A stretch of 64,000 nucleotides of DNA from a virus, in the UHGV virus genome UHGV-0236300; one strand, written 5' to 3'. The translations under genes were made by a program, and so were the position numbers. Positions 57,422 to 64,000 of this stretch are shown in pieces. The notes beneath the pieces are model-generated. The model had not been told where the DNA came from, did no database searches, and was given only the letters and a program-made list of their open reading frames with translations. Position 1 is the stretch's first letter; each line of letters opens with the position of its first letter.

Positions 57422-57478
57422 TAAACACGTAAACGGGAAAACTTCCCGCCACTAACAAAGAAAATAGGAGAAAATATC

Positions 57479-58102
57479 ATGACCACCGTTAACATTACCA
57501 CAGGTTGCAATTTATCTTTCGACGTGCTGACCGACGAACAAAAAGAAAAAGCTATTGAAATGGTCCGCGAAAGAGAAGAACACAGCGGAGAGGATTTTTT
57601 CGCAGAAAGTGTAATTGAATATTATAAAGAACAAGTTTTTCCAGAGTACGGCCTTGAAGATACCGAAGTACATTGGTCCGGCTTTTGGTGCCAGGGTGAC
57701 GGCGCGTCAATCAGTGCTGAAAACGTGGATTTAGAAAAATTCTTGCGTAAAGTAAAGGCCCTGACCAAGTTCCGATCAATTCGTCACTTGTTCGGCACAA
57801 TGCACGATGGCGAGTTATCAGCCAGTATTGAACGCGACAAGTACAGCCATTACAGCCATGAAAACACTGTAAGCGGATACATTGATACCACCTGGCTAGA
57901 TCTGACCGCCAAACAAGAAAACAAAGTGGAAGACCTGGAAGAGCTGATCACCGAGACGGTACGGGAGCTATCCCGCAAGGTTTATGTAGACCTGGAGGAG
58001 TCCTATCTTGAACAGTTTACTACCGAAAACCTGATCGGCCTTATTGAAGCCAATGATTGGCGGTTTGATGTGGATGAATATGGTGAGATGAGTTTTTCAT
58101 AA
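57479..58102 (+). CDS. hypothetical protein
   Basis: RBS AATAGGAGAAAA. Confidence 0.55.
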   Translation: MTTVNITTGCNLSFDVLTDEQKEKAIEMVREREEHSGEDFFAESVIEYYKEQVFPEYGLEDTEVHWSGFWCQGDGASISAENVDLEKFLRKVKALTKFRSIRHLFGTMHDGELSASIERDKYSHYSHENTVSGYIDTTWLDLTAKQENKVEDLEELITETVRELSRKVYVDLEESYLEQFTTENLIGLIEANDWRFDVDEYGEMSFS

Positions 58103-58110
58103 ATAAAGTG

Positions 58111-58138
58111 TTGCAATAATCTAAAAACCTGCTATATT
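58111..58138 (+). promoter_or_regulatory. sigma70-like promoter
   Basis: TTGCAA-16-TATATT. Confidence 0.4.
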
Positions 58139-58157
58139 TAAAACTCAAGGGGGTGAG

Positions 58158-58457
58158 ATGACTTGCCTCCCACAAAACAAAGAGGAAAACATCATGAAAC
58201 GTCTTGACCAGCTCAAACTAGTTCAGTACATGGCTTACAGAATTCTTGAAGTCCAAAAAGGTAGCAAAAAAGAAGTTTGCGAGAAAGCGTACAAGATCTT
58301 TACTCGCAAAAAAGACGATTGGATGTTACGCCAGACCAAAAAAGCCGATATCTTGGGGTACCTGGAAGAAGAGATCCGGCTTGAAGAACAAGAAGAGATC
58401 CGCCGTAGTGAGGCAGATTATCAGGCAGCTTGGGAAAACTGGATGAGCAACAAATAA
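58158..58457 (+). CDS. hypothetical protein
   Basis: ATG after AGGGGGTGAG; alternative in-frame start at 58194 after AGAGGAAAA. Confidence 0.5.
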   Translation: MTCLPQNKEENIMKRLDQLKLVQYMAYRILEVQKGSKKEVCEKAYKIFTRKKDDWMLRQTKKADILGYLEEEIRLEEQEEIRRSEADYQAAWENWMSNK

Positions 58458-58522
58458 TACAACAGGTTGCATGGTCAGGGGCGATAAAGCCCCTTGATCA
58501 CATAAAAATTATGCTATCCCTT

Positions 58523-58551
58523 GTTGACAGGGATCGGCAGTTTTGCTATAT
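58523..58551 (+). promoter_or_regulatory. sigma70-like promoter
   Basis: TTGACA-17-TATATT. Confidence 0.55.
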
Positions 58552-58601
58552 TCTTTTTTGAAGGGAAGTTGTAAGAAAATTAACTAAGAGGTAAAAACAC
58601 C

Positions 58602-59021
58602 ATGAACATTAAATCTGATAATCCGGCATATAGCTTTGATAACGCTTTTTGTCACGGTCCGGCGGCGAAAGGATTCGAAATCGATGGTAAACTAATTATT
58701 GTCAATGTTGACGGGGAAGAGGTTGCAGTATATCCGGTGGCAGACGTTAAAAGCCGTCTACAATGCCGCATAGATGTTACCGCCTATCAGCTTGATCCGG
58801 TCCGGGTAGTTGCCCTGGTCCTGGAAGAAGAAATTAAAGCAATGCACCACAGCAACAAGTTTATTGGTGACGCTCAAGATAATATGCAGGTATGCCGCTA
58901 TAAAGTTAATGAAGTGCTTAAAGAGTACGGCTATAAGGATTTAATGATCAAGCGCGATGAAAAATTCCGCTACCGTAACGACCTGGCAAATCGGATTTTT
59001 GAAATATACGAATCATTATAA
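58602..59021 (+). CDS. hypothetical protein
   Basis: RBS AAGAGGTAAAAA; terminator follows. Confidence 0.55.
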   Translation: MNIKSDNPAYSFDNAFCHGPAAKGFEIDGKLIIVNVDGEEVAVYPVADVKSRLQCRIDVTAYQLDPVRVVALVLEEEIKAMHHSNKFIGDAQDNMQVCRYKVNEVLKEYGYKDLMIKRDEKFRYRNDLANRIFEIYESL

Positions 59022-59040
59022 TTTCTTAACTGAATTATCA

Positions 59041-59067
59041 AGGGGCTTAAAGGCCCCTTTCTTTTTG
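59041..59067 (+). terminator. rho-independent terminator
   Basis: AGGGGC-TTAAAG-GCCCCT hairpin plus TTCTTTTTG. Confidence 0.75.
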
Positions 59068-59929
59068 TCTGCTCTTCTCCTACCATAAACGGCCCTACCT
59101 GGCAAGTGGAATAATTGACTAGCCATCAATCCCACATACTGTACAAATATACATGGAAAATAACTATTGCATAATCTTTCATTGTGTGGTAGCAGGGCCA
59201 TTTTTACCCGTTTTCTCTCCCAAAAGTGCACGTAATGCCGCTATTGCACAAATTTTAACCTGATGCACATCTCCAATATCTTGTCAACAACTAAAAATCT
59301 TTATAAGTCATACACTTACACAGCATCGAAAGCGTGTTCTACGCGAAAAATCGAGTATAACTATAGCCGCCAGATCTCAGAATTCACGTACGCACGCCAT
59401 TCTATAGTCTGCAAAGTATTTATTCCAACCACAGAATAACGGAATAGTCAATACCTGCATAAAATAATTATTCGTGTAAACTGCATAACATAAATCAGCT
59501 CAGGTGTCAACATTTTTCGTAAACAGTTCGAAATTGTCACGATAAGTTATTATACACAGAGAAATCTTTAGTCGTCTAATGTTTACTGTACATTACTATA
59601 CTGACTGGAATCATTAGATGACTAAGAGAAAGATAAGAAATAATTAATAATGTAATTGTTTTACCTGTAACAATAAGGCAACTATGCAAACGAATGGCAT
59701 GGCGCGACGGAGTCGCGACATAATATAAAAGCAGTAACAATCACCCCCGTGATAGTTTTTCTGCAATCTATTATTCAGATCATAGTTGCCTTGTATTTAG
59801 TTAATCATGACATAACAAGCAAGGCAACTATAGATCTTCTAATAGTTGCCCTGCTTTTATATTATGTCATAGATTGTTATCTTGTTAATTGTTTTCATGC
59901 AAACGAATGTCATGGCTTATCATCTCTGT

Positions 59930-60100
59930 GTAAACAATTTGGGCGTAAACTATTCAGATGAAAACTATTCAGGCGTAAACAGTCTATGCGTAAACAGTGA
60001 GATATGGAATAGTAACAGCCGTTATTGTGTCATATTGTGTCATTGTGTCAAAGGTAAAAGTGTCAAAAGTGACAATTTTGTCACATTGTGTCAGACAAGT
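59930..60100. repeat. iteron array: GCGTAAAC direct repeats, then TGTCA/TGACA repeat cluster
   Basis: GCGTAAAC at 59943, 59973, 59988 (and 60310); AAACTATTCAG x2; ATTGTGTCA x3 and TGTCAAAAGTGACAATTTTGTCACATTGTGTCA at 60024-60096. Confidence 0.65.
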
Positions 60101-60622
60101 TTTTCTCCTCTTTGTCAAGTGCCGCATGAAAAATTTACAAACTGGTATGGTAGCATTTTTGCGGCCCTGTTTACATTCAGGAATGTATGTATAATCCTTG
60201 CTGTGTGGGCGTTTAGACGTCTGGACGGTCAGAAGTCAGCAGGTCAATATCTAATCTATTGGTTGCTAACTATATCCCACACAAATAGTAAGAAATATAA
60301 TTGTTATGTGCGTAAACAGTAACTCATGTTATCAATCCCTGTATGTATCGCCAGTGGTGCGCATAATGGGTATTATGTTAAATTGCCCGTAATGATAACC
60401 ATTCTCACAATGATAGGTATTCTCATTCATCCCCACAAGATAGATTGCAAATGTTGTGCCACTGTGTGAACGGCCTCACCTATTAATTTGCCTCACTGCC
60501 TCGATATTTGAGAATTATTATAAAAAATGAGAAGTATTCCCATTCCGTCCGCCTGGCAGCACTCCTGTAGGACAAGCACAACATCGGGGTATAACTGGAC
60601 CTGTTCAGATATTTCTGGCTGA

Positions 60623-61163
60623 CTCTTCAGGCCTGTGTGGGAAAAGCCAACCTCTCCGGCGGCGGGGAGGGGGGTCAATTAAAAAATTTACGTGGTGTAT
60701 GAAGCGCTCTTCAGGCAAGGTGTGTATTATGGGATGAAACCCTCTTCAGGTGATGATATTTGTGGGGGGATATTTGCTGGAAAGCCAGATATGACGGGGC
60801 TCCCGGCGGGGATGGGGTAGTACAGACAGGGAAAATGTGGGGATGTGGTGGGAGTAAATTGATCAAGTAGGTAGGATATGGAATATGTTACAAGTATGTT
60901 AAATATAGAGGTAGGATATTTGTGAGATTTGTGTGTAAAATCAAAGACTTAGGTGGTGTTGTGGTATTTTCTATAAATAATTCAAGTTTAATAGGTGATA
61001 TTTGTCTCCATCCACTTTGTGTGGTAAACAGCTCCTAATTGAATTGGTTTACAAGTGTATATAAAGTATACAAATTAAAGATATAAGAAACCCCCCTCCC
61101 CCTTCGGCTACCATTCACCTTTTCCTCTGACTGGTACTTAAACACTTATTCAGACTCTTCAGG
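60623..61163. repeat. dispersed CTCTTCAGG motif copies in G/T-rich non-coding DNA
   Basis: CTCTTCAGG at 60623, 60708, 60742 and 61155 (fifth at 61815), each followed by GT-rich tract. Confidence 0.55.
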
Positions 61164-61526
61164 TTATCACCCCTATACTATATGGCAGTGACTGGTGTCC
61201 TCCGGCCCCTCTTTCGCCACCCGTCCGCTTCGCCATGCTAATGCCATAGCCAAAGGTTCGGTTGTTCACCCTGTTCACTCAGGTGTATCTCCATACCCCT
61301 TCAAACCGAAGAGAACAGAAAACCCGAATTACTCGGTAAAAGAAAAGAGAAGAACTTAATTTTATCAAGATAGGCAAGAATGTCAAGGGATGACTGCTCA
61401 CTAAACAAGCAAACAGTCATGTGTGGTAGGTAAGTAACTGGGTTGGTAGGAAATTTAGTTGGAAGATGTTATAGGTGCCTCCAGAACCTTAGCTGGGCAG
61501 CTAAACCTGCAAAGCAGACTTGTGTG

Positions 61527-61742
61527 TCAGTCCAAAGGTTCATCTACTACTTCACTGAAATCAATGTTCAGGGTCTCTTCCCAACCATCAATCTCAGCAC
61601 CAGAGTAGAGATCTTTAGGGTCTACATCAAGGGCTTCCGCAACAGCATCTATATTTAACACTTCTGGCAGGTAAGATTCATCGAATTCAAGGTAAATCAG
61701 GCCACGAGTGTTGTCAGTCCCACCAAATATTTCTATTTTCAT
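61527..61742 (-). CDS. hypothetical small acidic protein
   Basis: ATG 5 nt after AGAGGAG (track start 61808 lacks RBS). Confidence 0.5.
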   Translation of the reverse strand: MKIEIFGGTDNTRGLIYLEFDESYLPEVLNIDAVAEALDVDPKDLYSGAEIDGWEETLNIDFSEVVDEPLD

Positions 61743-61862
61743 GAAATCTCCTCTGGAAATGAGAGTGTGAACAGGGTTTATACGTTCCAATACGCTGGAA
61801 TTATGCACGTTTGCCTCTTCAGGCCATGCTTTAGCATGATAAACTTATGTGGGCTCGGTGCT

Positions 61863-62048
61863 TCATAGTCTCCCACCTCTGAACTCTTCGTGCTCGGGCA
61901 TAATAGAGAACCAGATGGCTATGATATCTTCCCACGTTAGGTCATCAGCCTCAGGATCCACCTGGGACGGAGATAGAGAATCCTCAGAATTGAAGTTTTC
62001 CTCTATCACTCCTTCAGATGTCTCTGTAGATGCATGTGTGTTGGTCAT
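61863..62048 (-). CDS. hypothetical small acidic protein
   Basis: Minus-strand ORF consistent with neighbours. Confidence 0.35.
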   Translation of the reverse strand: MTNTHASTETSEGVIEENFNSEDSLSPSQVDPEADDLTWEDIIAIWFSIMPEHEEFRGGRL

Positions 62049-62546
62049 GTTCCACCCGTGAGTATTCCGGCAACATGTTTAAAAAATAAGACTTTATCAA
62101 CATATGGCCGGAACGTGTCGATGCCATAAGCATATTCCTGCAACAGCCGCTATGGACGTAATGATCATCAGGATCACCACTAAAACCTCTGACAATGTTT
62201 TCATTGTGTATTCCATATTATCCAAACAATGTGTGGATACTATCACAGGGGCGGTAATGTGTCAACAGAAGCGCCGCGAGGGTTTGGTTAAAATCCGAGC
62301 GTATGGTGATTTGGGTCAAAACGGGCGTGCGTTCTCGCTACGCTCGAAATAGAGAGTTGTTTGTAGGATGACTTTAAACGCTCTGTAAGGAGATTAATTG
62401 TCTAAGGTATGGAATCGTGCACCAGATAAAGAAAAGGACGCCACAGAGCGTCCTAGGTGCCTTAAATTTGATATTTTGCTATACCCATGAGGGCTTGTCT
62501 AGGTTGGAGTAACTGAAGGGGGTCAAAAGGTGACTGTCAAAATCTT

Positions 62547-62789
62547 TCAAACTGTCCAAGTCTTTTCCTCGTCCTGACACCATCTGTGCCTGCATTTATT
62601 GTTGTAGTGCATGGAATGCATAGCGTTCTGCAACTTAATAGGTACAAGTGATTCAGGAGTAGATAGAATTGTTGGGTATGCCAGGACTATCTCGAACAAT
62701 GGAAACACATCGAAACTGAAGTCTATTTCTGCTGAGGTTGCTGGCATATAGGAGTATTTAGCTGTCGTTGTAGACATAATCCACCTCAC
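62547..62789 (-). CDS. hypothetical protein
   Basis: GTG start overlapping stop of upstream gene (GTGA); alternative ATG at 62777. Confidence 0.45.
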   Translation of the reverse strand: MRWIMSTTTAKYSYMPATSAEIDFSFDVFPLFEIVLAYPTILSTPESLVPIKLQNAMHSMHYNNKCRHRWCQDEEKTWTV

Positions 62790-63112
62790 ACAGGCTTGAT
62801 AATACCTTCACCGAATAACTCTTCATATTTAATCTTATCAGGATCCCACTCCTGGATAATTTCGAAGACAATATCCAGCCCAGGGATAATCACTTCTCCG
62901 GTATCAAGTCTGGCAAGAACAAAACCGGAAGGTTGAATGGTTTCCCAGTTGCGACGATTAGAATAGAGAACTTCGAAAATATCGCCAACCGCAATCTGCT
63001 GATCAAGGTGCTCAAGATTCTCTTTCATATAAACGCAGCGTATTTTCCGTGCAGGCCACAGGCCCCCTGCATCACGTTCATTTAGCTCTTTTACAGTAAT
63101 CGGCATTAGCAT
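62786..63112 (-). CDS. hypothetical protein
   Basis: 108-aa minus-strand ORF. Confidence 0.5.
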   Translation of the reverse strand: MLMPITVKELNERDAGGLWPARKIRCVYMKENLEHLDQQIAVGDIFEVLYSNRRNWETIQPSGFVLARLDTGEVIIPGLDIVFEIIQEWDPDKIKYEELFGEGIIKPV

Positions 63113-63165
63113 TTCTGATCTTCTCCATAGATAGTAAAAAGAGGGGCCAAGACCCCTCCTCGTTG

Positions 63166-63471
63166 TTATTCTGCAGAGCGTTTGAACAGAATGTCTGCTT
63201 CAGACATGTGCTCAACCTCTTCTTCGATTTTAGCTCGACGTTTTTCAGCTTCGTAGCGGATATCGAATTCGGTAGCCACCAATGACTTGATAAACTTAGG
63301 AGAATACAGGTGATCCTGTTTCTCGACAAGAATAATATCCTTGATAGCGTCTTTCAGATCTTTAATCTGAAGCTGAAGTTCCACCAGCTCTTCAATTGTT
63401 TTACGGAGGCGATCACGCTCTGCAGTGTCAGAAGGCAGAGAGGTGAACAGTTCAACTTTAGATTTAGCCAT
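63166..63471 (-). CDS. hypothetical coiled-coil protein
   Basis: ATG after AAGGAGAC; charged heptad-like sequence. Confidence 0.55.
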   Translation of the reverse strand: MAKSKVELFTSLPSDTAERDRLRKTIEELVELQLQIKDLKDAIKDIILVEKQDHLYSPKFIKSLVATEFDIRYEAEKRRAKIEEEVEHMSEADILFKRSAE

Positions 63472-63499
63472 AGTAAGAGTCTCCTTATATTGTTTTAAA

Positions 63500-63751
63500 T
63501 TAACGTTCTACAAAAATACCGTTCAGTTCAATAACCAGGAATTTCTGGTCTTCACTATCGTCACGTGCCAGCACCTCACAGACGTAACGGTCATCTCCGT
63601 CATCATCACAGTCAAACACAAGGCTGAGGACTTTATCATGATAAACCTTCGCCACTACCGCCTCGTAAGTGTTGCCGATTGTGAATCCAAGATAATCCCC
63701 GATGCATTTGACAACAACATGGTCGCCAGCATTTAAGTCAATCTTCGTCAT
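63500..63751 (-). CDS. hypothetical protein
   Basis: ATG 8 nt after AAGGAG (track start 63817 lacks RBS). Confidence 0.5.
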   Translation of the reverse strand: MTKIDLNAGDHVVVKCIGDYLGFTIGNTYEAVVAKVYHDKVLSLVFDCDDDGDDRYVCEVLARDDSEDQKFLVIELNGIFVER

Positions 63752-63878
63752 TACTGTGCTCCTTGGGTGATAATACGGTATGTAAAACTCTAACCAGAGA
63801 TGTGAATAACGCCCCAAAACACACCGATAGCGCTAAAACAGATAAGGCCATCATTAAAGCTTCAGTAAAATCAGTCAT
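63738..63878 (-). CDS. small hydrophobic protein (46 aa)
   Basis: Not in ORF track; ATG after AAGAGGTGAGGA; single hydrophobic helix; stop overlaps downstream start. Confidence 0.4.
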   Translation of the reverse strand: MTDFTEALMMALSVLALSVCFGALFTSLVRVLHTVLSPKEHSNDED

Positions 63879-64000
63879 TCCTCACCTCTTGTTAGTCACT
63901 ATACTATTATTTATCTTTGCCGTCAAGAACTTTTTTAAATCTCTCAGGAATATCTCCTGTTCTTAGATAGTTCATGACCTCACAAGGTTCCCACTTAAAC

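Noticed and set aside
59930-60100. Possible CRISPR array
   Set aside because: Repeats are 8-15 bp and not separated by uniform unique spacers, with no leader or cas genes; they fit iterons instead.
59749-60322. Three overlapping plus-strand ORFs (59749-59961, 59882-60322, 59997-60194)
   Set aside because: They lie on GCGTAAAC and TGTGTCA repeat arrays, giving low-complexity repetitive translations, have no RBS and overlap each other.
62104-62352. 82-aa plus-strand ORF
   Set aside because: Opposite to the surrounding minus-strand genes, no RBS, Cys/His-rich low-complexity translation; a 39-aa minus-strand hydrophobic ORF (62098-62216) is an alternative but was too weak to list.

Overview
This 64-kb window reads as part of a large virulent tailed phage (Caudoviricetes) genome, about 44% GC, with strong Shine-Dalgarno sites and sigma70-type promoters; I could not assign it to a named phage. 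All calls rest on motif recognition by eye, without database searches. Layout: (1) 1-19093, plus-strand late/structural module: a lambda J-like tip protein with a coiled-coil repeat insert, a baseplate J-like protein, two paralogous tail fibers with a Tfa-like chaperone, and a 1878-aa fiber with an Ig-like domain. (2) 19143-26164, minus-strand accessory arm bounded by a bidirectional terminator: small proteins, a HAD-like phosphatase, a tandem array of four small paralogs, and a VWA plus metallopeptidase protein. (3) 26247-49425, plus-strand DNA metabolism module: MoxR-like AAA+ ATPase, secreted SleB-like hydrolase, Hsp90-like GHKL ATPase, SF1 helicase, N6/N4 methyltransferase, C5-methyltransferase-like protein, primase-helicase, family A DNA polymerase, and an SSB-like protein. 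(4) 49488-59021, early-type region of small genes, each with its own promoter, including a macro-domain protein. (5) 59070-61520, a 2.4-kb non-coding repeat region. (6) 61527-63878, minus-strand small genes. No tRNA, rRNA or CRISPR array was found. The strongest findings are a probable group I intron carrying an HNH homing endonuclease inside the DNA polymerase gene, a tandem pair of Fur-box-like operators in front of GC-rich non-coding elements, and several iteron and repeat families in non-coding DNA.
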